A DNA stretch of 61,370 nucleotides, the filler included. It is 7 parts of 7 records of this genome, joined end to end, with 100 filler letters (N's around TTAATTAATTAA, not from the genome) between each part and the next. Parts side by side here need not be neighbours in the genome. Positions count along the whole stretch, not along the records: positions 29,354 to 38,883 come from SRR20825010_3429; positions 38,984 to 43,129 come from SRR20825010_3433; 5 more parts are not named here. One strand, 5' to 3'. Below the pieces are notes generated by a model that saw nothing but the letters and a program-made list of their open reading frames with translations, was not told the origin of the DNA and searched no databases. Shown piece after piece: positions 30,077 to 40,585 of this stretch. Both the position numbers and the translations under genes were made by a program. Numbering within the stretch: position 1 is the first letter of the stretch; the number at the start of each line of letters is the position of its first letter.

Positions 30077-31654
30077 TTACCGCAGCAGCATGGTGATTTC
30101 CGGGAACAGCAGCACCATCAGCAGGACGAACAGCTGGATGCAGATGAAGGGCAGAAAGCCCCGGAAGATATCCGGCAGGGTGATGTGGGGCGGAGCCACG
30201 GACTTCAGGTAGAAGGCGGCCGGCCCGAATGGCGGCGACAGGAAGCTGACCTGCATGTTGACGCAGAACAGGATGCCGAACCAGACCGAGACGTAATAGG
30301 CATCCAGTGGTCCGAACAGGCCAAGCTCGGCGACCGGCAGCTTCTTGATGATCGGCAGGAAGACCGGCATGACCAGCAGAACGATGCCGGTCCAGTCCAT
30401 GAAGGCACCGAGGAACAGGAACACGGTCATCATCACCAGCAGCACGCCCATCGTCGGCAGCTCGCTGCCGACGATCAGGTTGGCGACATAGGTCGGTCCG
30501 CCGGCGATTGTGTAGGCGCCGGCAAGTGCGGTGGCGCCGAACGTGACCCAGATGATGGTGCCGGTCGATTTGAAGGTACGCATCAGGGCCTCGCGCACCA
30601 GGGTGAGGCTCAATTCCCCCCGCATGGCGATGAGCAGCAGCACCGCGACGGAGCCGATGCCCGCCGCCTCGGTAATCCCGGTGATGCCGCCATAGATCGA
30701 TCCGAGCACGACAAAGACGACAATGAGCGGCGCCACCAGTCCCTTGCCCTTGTCCCAGGCAAGGCGCGCGGTCTTGAGGCCGACCACGAAAAGCACATAG
30801 GCCAGACCAAGACCGGCGAGGCCGAGGCTGACCAGTAATGTCTGCATGTCGACCAGCCTGGTCTCCGGCTCGATCGTACTGAAACCGTGCAGGAACCCCC
30901 AGCGGAGTGCGACCAGGGCGGCCGCAGTGGCAATCACCATGACGAGCAATGTCGCGCCGAAAACCTTCTTGTCTCGCCCGGACAGATCCTCGTCTGTCGG
31001 CTCGGGCAGGGGCGCCTGTTCCGGATGCATCCGGGTGCGGACAAGGATGTAGATGATGTAGAGACCGGCCAGGATGAAGCCCGGCACAAAGGCGGCCTTG
31101 AACAGGGCATGGATCGAGGTATCGGTGATCAGTCCGTAGAAGATCAGCACGATCGAGGGCGGGATCATGGTGCCGAGCGAACCCGAGGCGCAGATGGTGC
31201 CGACCGCCAGATCCTGATTGTAGCCGAGCCGCAACATCTGCGGCAGGGCGATCAGGCCGAGCAACACCACTTCGCCGCCGATAATCCCCGACATCGCCGC
31301 CATGACGATGGCCATGATCGCGGTGACGACGGCAATGCCGCCACGGGTCCGCGACATCCACAGATTGAGGCAGGAATACATGTCCCGGGCGATGTTCGAG
31401 CGTTCCAGCAGGGTCGCCATCAATATGAATAGAGGCACGGATATCAGCACATAGTTCGTGGTGATGCCGTAGAGGCGCTGGGCGAGGATGTTGAGCGGCC
31501 CGGTGCCGAAACTGGAGAAGAGCAGGTCCGGGCCGAACTTGAGGACCAGCACGACGACGGCGAGGAAGCCAGAGGCGAAGCCGAGCGGCATGCCGATGGC
31601 GAGGAGCAGAAGCATGCCGATCAGCAGGATCAGCGAGATTGTCCCGATGTCCAC
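30077..31654 (-). CDS. dctM: TRAP transporter large permease
   Basis: SVPLFILM, AAMSGIIG, SGSLGTMIPPSIV, SFLSPPFG, LPFICIQ. Confidence 0.93.
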   Translation of the reverse strand: MDIGTISLILLIGMLLLLAIGMPLGFASGFLAVVVLVLKFGPDLLFSSFGTGPLNILAQRLYGITTNYVLISVPLFILMATLLERSNIARDMYSCLNLWMSRTRGGIAVVTAIMAIVMAAMSGIIGGEVVLLGLIALPQMLRLGYNQDLAVGTICASGSLGTMIPPSIVLIFYGLITDTSIHALFKAAFVPGFILAGLYIIYILVRTRMHPEQAPLPEPTDEDLSGRDKKVFGATLLVMVIATAAALVALRWGFLHGFSTIEPETRLVDMQTLLVSLGLAGLGLAYVLFVVGLKTARLAWDKGKGLVAPLIVVFVVLGSIYGGITGITEAAGIGSVAVLLLIAMRGELSLTLVREALMRTFKSTGTIIWVTFGATALAGAYTIAGGPTYVANLIVGSELPTMGVLLVMMTVFLFLGAFMDWTGIVLLVMPVFLPIIKKLPVAELGLFGPLDAYYVSVWFGILFCVNMQVSFLSPPFGPAAFYLKSVAPPHITLPDIFRGFLPFICIQLFVLLMVLLFPEITMLLR

Positions 31655-31712
31655 GAATTGACTCCGAAATCAGTTTGAAACGAGCCGGACCTGTCCGGGC
31701 GTAAGGGGCATG

Positions 31713-32246
31713 TCAGTGCGCAATGTCGAGATCGTCGGCCGGATCGTGTACTTCCGGCTCCTTGTTCCAGTCATGCACCAGATTGGAGATCGACTGCAGC
31801 GCGAGCAGCACCATGGTCAGCAAGATCAGCGGCTTGACCGTGGCCGGGATCGGCGGATCAAAGGCCGTTCCGAAAGTCTCCCAGCGCAGCAGCTTCGCCT
31901 TGGCTTCGCCATAGCCGCCCCAGACAACAGCGGCTGCGAAGGCACAGACGCAGAGTACGGAAGCGACGTCGAAAGTGCGCCGGAGCCAGAGCGGCGCGCC
32001 GTCATAGAAGATGAAAATCCGGATATGGCTGCGTTGCTGCAGGGCGTAGAGGCCCGAGGTCAGGTAGATCCCGCCGCCGACCCACAGGGACATCTCGTTG
32101 ACCCATAATGTGGGCTTGCCCAGCACGTAACGCATGAAGACTTCATAGGCCACGATGCCGACAATGCAGGCCGGCGCCCACATTGCGACCCGGCTGATGC
32201 CGAGCGTGATCCTGTCCAGCCAGCCGGTAACCTCATGCTCGATCAT
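31713..32246 (-). CDS. dctQ: TRAP transporter small permease
   Basis: YEVFMRYVLGKPTLWVNE, SHIRI; 4 TM. Confidence 0.9.
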   Translation of the reverse strand: MIEHEVTGWLDRITLGISRVAMWAPACIVGIVAYEVFMRYVLGKPTLWVNEMSLWVGGGIYLTSGLYALQQRSHIRIFIFYDGAPLWLRRTFDVASVLCVCAFAAAVVWGGYGEAKAKLLRWETFGTAFDPPIPATVKPLILLTMVLLALQSISNLVHDWNKEPEVHDPADDLDIAH

Positions 32247-32282
32247 GCGGCTCTTCTCCCGTCATTCCGGTTTCGCCCTGAT

Positions 32283-32321
32283 AAAAAAACAAGGGTGGCG
32301 AGGGTCATCAGACCCTCGCCA
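32283..32321 (-). terminator. stem-loop with T tract between dctP and dctQ
   Basis: TGGCGAGGGTC-ATCA-GACCCTCGCCA, followed on the minus strand by CCCTTGTTTTTTT. Confidence 0.6.
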
Positions 32322-32342
32322 TTTCGGTCTTGATGACCGGTT

Positions 32343-33368
32343 CTATTCCTTGATCAGGCCGAGCTGTTTCAGGAAGGCCGTGTGACTGTCGACAAGAGCC
32401 CGGGCTTCGGGGGTCTTGTCGGCCCAGCCCTGCCATGCACCCTGTGCGGCCTTGCGGAAGGCTGCCCGGTCTTCGGCAGACCAGTCATGCAGGGTCACGT
32501 TCGCGGCCCGCAGTTTGGCTGCCGCTTCCGAGTTCTTGATCTCGAAGGTCAAGGCTGTCTGGAAAGCCAGCTTCTGCATGGCGACCTGGATGATCCGCTT
32601 CAGATGCTCCGGCAGTGCGTCCCATTTGCCCTTGTTGATGGCAAGATGGTCGGACGGCATGGAGTGGAAGCCCGGATAGGTGGCGTTCGACACCAGATCA
32701 TAGAGGCCGAGACTGACATTGTTGGCCAGACCGGAGGCATCGGCACCGTCGATGATCTTGGTTTCCAGCGCGGTGAAGATTTCAGTGAAATCCATCACGA
32801 TCGGCTTGGCGCCAAGGCTGGCGAAGATTTCGGTCTCCAGGCCCGGCGGGGAGCGGAACTTGAAATCCTTCAGATCGTCGATGCCGGCGAGCGATTTCGA
32901 TGAAGCCAGGGATTCCTGACCGTAGATCCACCAGCCGATCAGCTCCATGTCGTACTTGTTGTAGAGGTTGTTCGCGGCCTTGAAGCCGCCATTGTAAAGC
33001 CAGGCATATTGCTGCCATGGGGTGTCATAACCGCCCATGATGTCGCCGACGAACTGGAAGGCCGGGTTCTTGCCTGTCTGATAGGCGCCGCCTGTCATGT
33101 CCCCGTCAAGTATGCCTGTGGCGGCGGCATCGAAGGCCTCGACCGATTTGACGACCGATGATGAGTAAAACATCTCGATCTTGAGTTCGCCGTTCGACAT
33201 CGTCTGAACGTCGTCGACGAACTGGGTCGCGAGCTTACCGGAGACGGTTTCCGGCGCGTAATGCGTCTGGATCCGCAATGTATGGGTTTCGGCGGAGGCG
33301 GCAAGGCTGACGCCTGCCGCCAGGACGGCGGCCAGAAAGCCGGTCGCGGTTTTGGTGATTTTGGTCAT
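32343..33368 (-). CDS. dctP: TRAP transporter substrate-binding protein
   Basis: signal peptide from MTKITK; DLKDFKFRSPPG, EIFTALETKIIDG; GAGGGAGGA RBS. Confidence 0.9.
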   Translation of the reverse strand: MTKITKTATGFLAAVLAAGVSLAASAETHTLRIQTHYAPETVSGKLATQFVDDVQTMSNGELKIEMFYSSSVVKSVEAFDAAATGILDGDMTGGAYQTGKNPAFQFVGDIMGGYDTPWQQYAWLYNGGFKAANNLYNKYDMELIGWWIYGQESLASSKSLAGIDDLKDFKFRSPPGLETEIFASLGAKPIVMDFTEIFTALETKIIDGADASGLANNVSLGLYDLVSNATYPGFHSMPSDHLAINKGKWDALPEHLKRIIQVAMQKLAFQTALTFEIKNSEAAAKLRAANVTLHDWSAEDRAAFRKAAQGAWQGWADKTPEARALVDSHTAFLKQLGLIKE

Positions 33369-33561
33369 TGAAACGAGTTCCTCCCTCGTATGTTCGCGCG
33401 CCCGCCGTTCTTTGGCGGCGGATCCGCACATCGAAGCCCAGCTTCCCGGGCGGCTGTCTTTGCAGCCAGCTCCGCTTCCCGTTTTCCCGGCCCTGTCGCT
33501 CTGTTTGCAGAACTGTGTTTGGGCCGGATCCGGGAAAGTGCATATAAAAACACTCAATAAT

Positions 33562-33576
33562 GGAATTGATAATTCC
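33562..33576. promoter_or_regulatory. putative operator upstream of the TRAP operon
   Basis: GGAATT-GAT-AATTCC inverted repeat in an AT-rich promoter region. Confidence 0.45.
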
Positions 33577-33665
33577 TATATGCCCTCAAAGCGTATCACG
33601 CGTTTGACAGCGCTTTCGACAATTTTATTCAGGCTTATTGTTTTGTGCCGGCTTTCCCGTCTCTG

Positions 33666-33787
33666 CCGTCATCCCGCCTTCCACTGCTGTCATCCCGACG
33701 CAGGTCGGGATCCACTGTCGGGCGTCGGGCTCCGTGAGTGGATCCCGTTTTTCAACGGGATGACGGTGAAAGTGGGCGGGATGGCGG
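33666..33787. repeat. nested REP/RPE-like palindromic element
   Basis: inner GTCATCCCGACGCAGGTCGGGATCCACT (33689-33716) / AGTGGATCCCGTTTTTCAACGGGATGAC (33737-33764); outer CCGTCATCCCGCC / GGCGGGATGGCGG. Confidence 0.8.
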
Positions 33788-33814
33788 ACAAGGTAGACGG
33801 GATGGAAGATGAAT

Positions 33815-33845
33815 AAAAAAAGCCGCCCGGAAAAATCCGGGCGGC
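33815..33845 (-). terminator. intrinsic terminator of the aminotransferase gene
   Basis: GCCGCCCGGA-AAAA-TCCGGGCGGC with T7 on the minus strand. Confidence 0.8.
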
Positions 33846-33873
33846 GTCTTTGTTCAGGTCCGTGCGTAACGGA

Positions 33874-35118
<1,245 letters not shown>

Positions 35119-35288
35119 CTACGCCCGGCATCGTGAGCATTCAAGCGCGGGAATGTCCCGATTTTTGAATGGTTTCGAATGGAATTCGGCTGGACAGGAG
35201 AACCGTGGCGGGAGATTCTCACGAAACCCGGAAAAACCGGCAGGATATTCACCATAATTTAAAGAGTTTAGGGTGTAAGAACAACGCC

Positions 35289-35768
35289 ATGGACCCAATA
35301 CGCCGCGCAGAACATAAAATTCCCCATGCTGGCACGCTCGACCGCGATGTCTGGGTGCGGGACCTTGCCCGCTCCATGTGTGACTCGGTGATCGATGTCG
35401 ATGAGCTGGAAATGCGGCGGCTGGAACAGTTTCTCTGCGGCCTGATGCATTACCTGCTCGGCAAGGTGCATGACCGGCCCGAATTCCGGCGCGAGGATGC
35501 CGTGTGGCGCGGGAAGCACGGATTGCTGCCGCTGATGGGCGGCATGATGGACCGCTACCGGAACATGCCCCGCAAACCCGGCACGGAGCCGGTGCGGCAA
35601 TGGTTGACCGATATGTTCGAGGAAGCGACGACCGCGAAATACAACCCCGTCTGCGTCAAGACGTTCAGGCTCCTGGCCCGTCTCGACCATGCCGATCTGG
35701 AAAACATGCTGCACAATGCGTCCTGCGTCGTGCTGCTTTCGCTCGGCCAGAAAATTTCCATGGACTGA
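35289..35768 (+). CDS. hypothetical protein
   Basis: 159-aa ORF from MDPIRRAEH with GC3-biased codons filling the gap between aatA and MFS; no motif recognised. Confidence 0.65.
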   Translation: MDPIRRAEHKIPHAGTLDRDVWVRDLARSMCDSVIDVDELEMRRLEQFLCGLMHYLLGKVHDRPEFRREDAVWRGKHGLLPLMGGMMDRYRNMPRKPGTEPVRQWLTDMFEEATTAKYNPVCVKTFRLLARLDHADLENMLHNASCVVLLSLGQKISMD

Positions 35769-35888
35769 GTGCGGGGTCGGGCAGAGCCGTTGCTGCGGCC
35801 TGCGAGCCGGGTTGATTCCGAAACCGGGGGTGTTTCATTCCGGTTCTAAGTATTTTCCAAGCCGGGGACATTGGACTACAAACAGTGC

Positions 35889-37151
35889 ATGTCCCTCTCA
35901 ACATCGGCGGCCCGCTTTTGCCAGGCGTTCCGCAATCGCGATTATGCCATTTATTGCGTCGGTAGCTCCCTGACCGTCATCGGTCTGTGGATGCAGCGGA
36001 TTGCCGTCGGCTGGGTAACCTGGGAGCTGACCGAAAGCCCGACCTGGCTTGGCGTCATGGCCTTTGCCGAACTGTTCCCGGTGGTCATTCTGAGCCCGCT
36101 CGCCGGCACCCTGGCGGACCGGCTTGACCGGCTGTCGATTGCCCGGGTCGCGCAATGTCTCAACATGCTCCAGGCGACCGTGCTGACGGTGCTCACCCTG
36201 TCCGGCGCGCTGACCATCTGGTGGCTGTTCTCGCTGGCGCTTTTCACCGGGATTGTCGTCTCGTTCTGGCAACCGGCCCGGATGGCGATGATCCCCAATC
36301 TGGTCCGGCGCGAGGATGTCGCTTCGGCGGTGGCGATCAATTCGGTGATCTTCAACGCGGCCCGATTTGTCGGCCCGGCCATCGCAGGTGTGGTCATTGT
36401 CGGCTATGGCGCGGGCTATGCCTTCCTCGCCAACGCGATCAGTTATCTGCCCTTCATCGCGGCCTTGTGGATCATCAAGCCGAACATGAACGGCCGGAAG
36501 CGGAAACACGGCGCGGGTATTTTCGCGCAGATGGCGGATGGCTACCGCTATGCCCTGACCCATCCGGGTATCGGCCCGATGCTGATCCTGATGCTGATCA
36601 CCTGCATTGCCCTGCGCCCGGTGTTCGAGCTGTTGCCGGGATATGCCGCCGAGATCTTCGACCGGGGGGCCGAGGGGCTTTCCATGATGGCGACGGCCAC
36701 GGGCATCGGCGCCGTGATAGGCGGGCTCTATCTCGGCCAGCGCAACGGCCTGGAAGGTCTGGTGCAGCTCTCCATCGTCAGTGTGGCGGCGATGATCGCC
36801 GCTCTGCTGGTATTCAGCCAGACCTCGAATTTCTGGGTCGCGCTGGTTGCCCTTGCCGTTGCCGGCGGTGCCATGGTGACCCACGGTGCGGGATCGCAGA
36901 CCCTGATCCAGTCGGCGGTGGACGAGGATATGCGCGGCCGGGTGGTTGCGCTCTACGGTATGCTGTTCCGGGGAGGCCCGGCCATCGGCGCCCTGATCAT
37001 GGGCTGGGTGTCGGACTGGGCCGGGCTGCACTGGCCGCTGGTGGTCGGCTGCGCCGCCGCCAGTCTCGCGTTGCTCTGGATGGTCGGACGCCGGGCGGTC
37101 ATTCGAGACGCCATGGAAGCCCGGCGCGGAGATGTCGAGAGTGACGGCTGA
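35889..37151 (+). CDS. MFS transporter
   Basis: AGTLADRLDR, WQPARMAMIP, NAARFVGPAIAG, MRGRV; about 12 TM. Confidence 0.9.
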   Translation: MSLSTSAARFCQAFRNRDYAIYCVGSSLTVIGLWMQRIAVGWVTWELTESPTWLGVMAFAELFPVVILSPLAGTLADRLDRLSIARVAQCLNMLQATVLTVLTLSGALTIWWLFSLALFTGIVVSFWQPARMAMIPNLVRREDVASAVAINSVIFNAARFVGPAIAGVVIVGYGAGYAFLANAISYLPFIAALWIIKPNMNGRKRKHGAGIFAQMADGYRYALTHPGIGPMLILMLITCIALRPVFELLPGYAAEIFDRGAEGLSMMATATGIGAVIGGLYLGQRNGLEGLVQLSIVSVAAMIAALLVFSQTSNFWVALVALAVAGGAMVTHGAGSQTLIQSAVDEDMRGRVVALYGMLFRGGPAIGALIMGWVSDWAGLHWPLVVGCAAASLALLWMVGRRAVIRDAMEARRGDVESDG

Positions 37152-37989
37152 GCCGGAAAATATCCGGCTCTGGGCCATTTCCGATCTCCACCTTGCCTCC
37201 GAGGTGAACAGAAAGGCGCTCGACGAGATTCCCGATCACGGCGCCGACTGGCTGATCCTGGCGGGGGATGTCGCGGAGCGTGAAGAGGTGTTCATTGAGG
37301 CCCTGACCCTGCTCGGCACACGGTTCGGAAAGCTGATCTGGGTGCCGGGAAACCACGAGCTGTGGACGGACCAGCGCCCCGGAGCGGAAGCCCGGCGCGG
37401 GGATGCGCGCTATCGTCATCTGGTCGCATTGGCGCGTGCGATCGGTGTCGTGACACCGGAAGATCCCTATCTCCGCTGGCCGGGCGCGCTTGACGGTCCG
37501 CCGGTTTTCATCGCCCCGCTATTCCTGCTGTATGACTACAGTTTTCGCCCGAATGACGTTCCGCTGGCGGAGATGAGACGGTGGGTGCGGGAGATGCATG
37601 CCGTTCCGGTGGATGAATTGCTGCTCGATCCTGATCCTTACCCGGACCGGCCTGCCTGGTGCGCGGCGCGCTGCGCCGAAACCGAGGCCAGACTGTCGGC
37701 CCTGCCCGAGGACGCGCGGACCATACTGATCAATCACTGGCCGCTGCGTGAGGATCTTATCCGCATTCCCCGCGTGCCCAGATTCGTGCCCTGGTGCGGC
37801 ACCCGGGTCACCCATGACTGGCACCAGCGATTCCGCGCCACCGACGTTGTCACCGGCCATCTGCATACCCGCCGGACGGACGTCATCGATGGCACCCGCT
37901 TCCACGAAGTTTCCCTCGGCTATCCCCGGCAATGGGAACAAATCCGGGGCGCCGGGAGTTACCTCAGGGACATCACGCCGGACCGGTGA
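37132..37989 (+). CDS. calcineurin-like metallophosphoesterase, PptH (Rv2795c)-like
   Basis: LWAISDLH, LAGDVAE, WVPGNHELW, FLLYDYSF, NHWP, WCGT..T.DWH, GHLH, EVSLGYPRQW. Confidence 0.85.
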   Translation: MSRVTAEPENIRLWAISDLHLASEVNRKALDEIPDHGADWLILAGDVAEREEVFIEALTLLGTRFGKLIWVPGNHELWTDQRPGAEARRGDARYRHLVALARAIGVVTPEDPYLRWPGALDGPPVFIAPLFLLYDYSFRPNDVPLAEMRRWVREMHAVPVDELLLDPDPYPDRPAWCAARCAETEARLSALPEDARTILINHWPLREDLIRIPRVPRFVPWCGTRVTHDWHQRFRATDVVTGHLHTRRTDVIDGTRFHEVSLGYPRQWEQIRGAGSYLRDITPDR

Positions 37990-38040
37990 GCATATGGCTC
38001 TCCCGATGGCGCCATGCATCAGCCATGAGAGGAGCGGGAT

Positions 38041-38265
38041 ATGTCCGAGGTTACTGTCACCCTGAAATATGAGGAAGCCGAGAGCCTGCAGCAGTTGCTG
38101 AGGGGCATGGACATTGCCGAGGGCACCAGGGGAAATATCGCCCTGCTGGTCGAGGACGCCATGCGCGACGCGGTCATTCCGGAGCCTGAAGCAGAGCCGC
38201 GCTATGTCGGCGAGCATGGGGAGCATAACCCCAATACCCTTGGAAAGCCCCGCGACAGGGCCTGA
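38041..38265 (+). CDS. small hypothetical protein
   Basis: 74 aa, GAGAGGAG RBS. Confidence 0.6.
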   Translation: MSEVTVTLKYEEAESLQQLLRGMDIAEGTRGNIALLVEDAMRDAVIPEPEAEPRYVGEHGEHNPNTLGKPRDRA

Positions 38266-38445
38266 TTGTCTGGCCCGTAATCGGGGTTTTCTCCATAGCT
38301 GCGTCCATTCGACACTTGACGTTCGTGCCGCATTCACGCAAATGCTGCGCCGCAAAAGTTTTCTATCGCCAATCCAATACAAGGCGGGAGTACCGCGTGC
38401 CGGGATCTGCCCGGTGGGTTGTCCCGTGCGAATGGAGCAAGACCC

Positions 38446-38883
38446 TTGGACGTAAGTAAGATCTCGACCGGCCCGAATCCGCCGTACGAAGTTAATGCCG
38501 TTATTGAAATCCCACAGGGCGGCGTTCCGGTGAAGTACGAGCTGGACAAGGAGTCCGGCGCCATGATGGTTGACCGGTTCCTGCACACCGCAATGTTCTA
38601 CCCGGCGAATTACGGGTTCATTCCGAACACGCTTTCCGATGATGGCGATCCGGCCGATATCCTCGTCATCACCGGCTCCGGCGTTGTTCCGGGCGCCGTC
38701 ATTCCGTGCCGCCCGATCGGGGTCGTGCATCTGGAAGACGAAGCCGGGATGGATGAGAAGATCATCGCGGTGCCGGTCGAGAAGCTGCATCCCTATTATG
38801 CCGGCATCAAGAGCTATCGGGATCTGCCGGAAATCCTGATCCAGCAGATCGTCCACTTCTTCGAGCACTACAAGGATCTCGAA
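38446..38883 (+). CDS. ppa: family I inorganic pyrophosphatase, 3' end missing
   Basis: [45 protein letters not shown] start after GGAG. Confidence 0.93.
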
Positions 38884-38983
38884 NNNNNNNNNNNNNNNNN
38901 NNNNNNNNNNNNNNNNNNNNNNNNNNNTTAATTAATTAANNNNNNNNNNNNNNNNNNNNNNNNNNNNNNNNNNNNNNNNNNNN
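38884..38983. other. artificial contig linker
   Basis: N44-TTAATTAATTAA-N44. Confidence 0.99.
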
Positions 38984-39023
38984 CTCTGTGTACTGTGCCT
39001 GCGGGTTGGATGGTGCAGGTGAT

Positions 39024-40271
39024 ATGGAGTTTGAGGATCGCGGGGCGTTTGAGCGTTGGCTGAAGGAGCAGAGCCAAGAGGTTTGTGTGGCGATTGCGAC
39101 GCGGGCGGCACTGCGGGTCTGGCCGAATATTCTGTCCCTGCGGTTTTGGAAGGACACAGACGAAGCACGCGGCCAGCAGGAAGGGCTAGCCCTTCTGACC
39201 GCTAGGTGTTGCTTGGTTTCGGGGATTGCGAGCACATATCCATCGCCCAAAATCAGATCCGACGCGGCGAATGCTGCGGCCTCAGCTGCCTTCGCTGCCA
39301 CCAACGAAACCAACGCCGCCACCAACACTGCCGCCTTTGCTGCTACTAACGCCGCCAACGCCGCTAGGGCCGTCACCGAGGCCACCGCCAATGCCAAGGC
39401 CGCTTACGTAGCTGCCGCCGGCTCCAACCCGTTCGACGCTGTCGGCATTAATGCCGCTTTTTCAGATGCAAATCTTACTCCGGCCGCGATGTTGTCCACT
39501 CCGCTGTGGCACAAGACAGGATGGCCTGACGGGCTGGCACCTGAAGAAATCGGCCCGACCTTGCTGGACACAGATCCACGTTTTGAGTTCTTCAAGCGCT
39601 GGTATGATGGCATGGTGCGCGGCGCGCCGATGGACTGGGAGTTGCAGCGCCGGGTGGCTCTGATCCCGCAGGAGGTTTGGGAGGCCGGGGCCGATGCGGT
39701 GGCCGGGGCTATTGCGGAGATTGAGGCGGCGTGGGAAGCGGAGCGGCAAGCCATTGAGCCGCGTTGGCCCGATTTTGAGCCGCGCCATGTCACGCATCTT
39801 TTTGAAAACAGGATCATCGTCTCAGCGGGCGTTTCCTCACTTTCGGCCACGATCCGGCAGGAGTTCGAGCGGTTCCGTGCGGAAACAGGATTGAACGAAA
39901 CGCCAGAGATGTTTGCGCCGCTGGAGGCGTTGCCCCGCCGGCTGGACCGGATTTCCGACATTCTGACCAAGATGGAACAGTCCGATGCGACGGAGCAGGC
40001 GCTGCGCGAGGAAATTGGTCGGTTGAATGCGCAGGTTGCGAACCTTGAAGCGGAATTGGCCAAGGCCAAGGCGGATTGCGAGGCATTGCAGAGGTCGTCG
40101 TGGAAAACGGTGGCCGCATGGACAATTGGCGGGGCAAATCTGTTCGGCGTTCTTGCGACCGCGCTTTGGACGGTTTCCGGCGATGAAGTTGGCGCGCAGC
40201 AGCGGTTGGAGACGTTGGTGGAGTACCGTGACGTTCTCATGGGAACTGGTCAGCCGCCTATCGGACCTTGA
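39024..40271 (+). CDS. hypothetical protein: Ala-rich segment, coiled coil, C-terminal hydrophobic helix
   Basis: ATG 39024 after AGGTGAT; RAALRVWP, Ala/Asn/Thr-rich tract, WYDGMVRGAPMDWEL, heptads LREEIGRLNAQVANLEAEL. Confidence 0.75.
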   Translation: MEFEDRGAFERWLKEQSQEVCVAIATRAALRVWPNILSLRFWKDTDEARGQQEGLALLTARCCLVSGIASTYPSPKIRSDAANAAASAAFAATNETNAATNTAAFAATNAANAARAVTEATANAKAAYVAAAGSNPFDAVGINAAFSDANLTPAAMLSTPLWHKTGWPDGLAPEEIGPTLLDTDPRFEFFKRWYDGMVRGAPMDWELQRRVALIPQEVWEAGADAVAGAIAEIEAAWEAERQAIEPRWPDFEPRHVTHLFENRIIVSAGVSSLSATIRQEFERFRAETGLNETPEMFAPLEALPRRLDRISDILTKMEQSDATEQALREEIGRLNAQVANLEAELAKAKADCEALQRSSWKTVAAWTIGGANLFGVLATALWTVSGDEVGAQQRLETLVEYRDVLMGTGQPPIGP

Positions 40272-40282
40272 GCCGAGGCGTT

Positions 40283-40363
40283 GGCGGGCTGAAGCCCGCC
40301 CTACGGATTGGATGAGACGGAGTTTTTTCTGGCAAGGGGGTGCCGGGCTGAAGCCCGGCCTAC
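40283..40363 (-). repeat. two GTAG-family REP elements in the same orientation
   Basis: minus strand GTAGGGCGGGCTTCAGCCCGCC (40283-40304) and GTAGGCCGGGCTTCAGCCCGGC (40342-40363). Confidence 0.85.
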
Positions 40364-40585
40364 CTTGGGATGGTGGGGGGGCGCTGCGCGTCCTGTGTCG
40401 CTTGGACATCTCGGTGGAGTGGGGCTTTGCCGCCCGGTTGTTTCGATCCGCGAAAGACGTCTTTGGGTGGTCGGGTGCAGGGCGCGGGCACCAGGGTCAG
40501 GTATTCCATAAGGAGGTATCCCTGACTGTGTGGCGCGGAGCGGGGGCGGTAGGGTTTGGAGAACGCCGCCCAAAGGAAGCACGCC

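Noticed and set aside
39261-39460. Diversity-generating retroelement variable region, suggested by many AAC codons
   Set aside because: No reverse transcriptase or second near-identical copy in the fragment, and the tract is internal rather than C-terminal; kept only as a variable-tract observation
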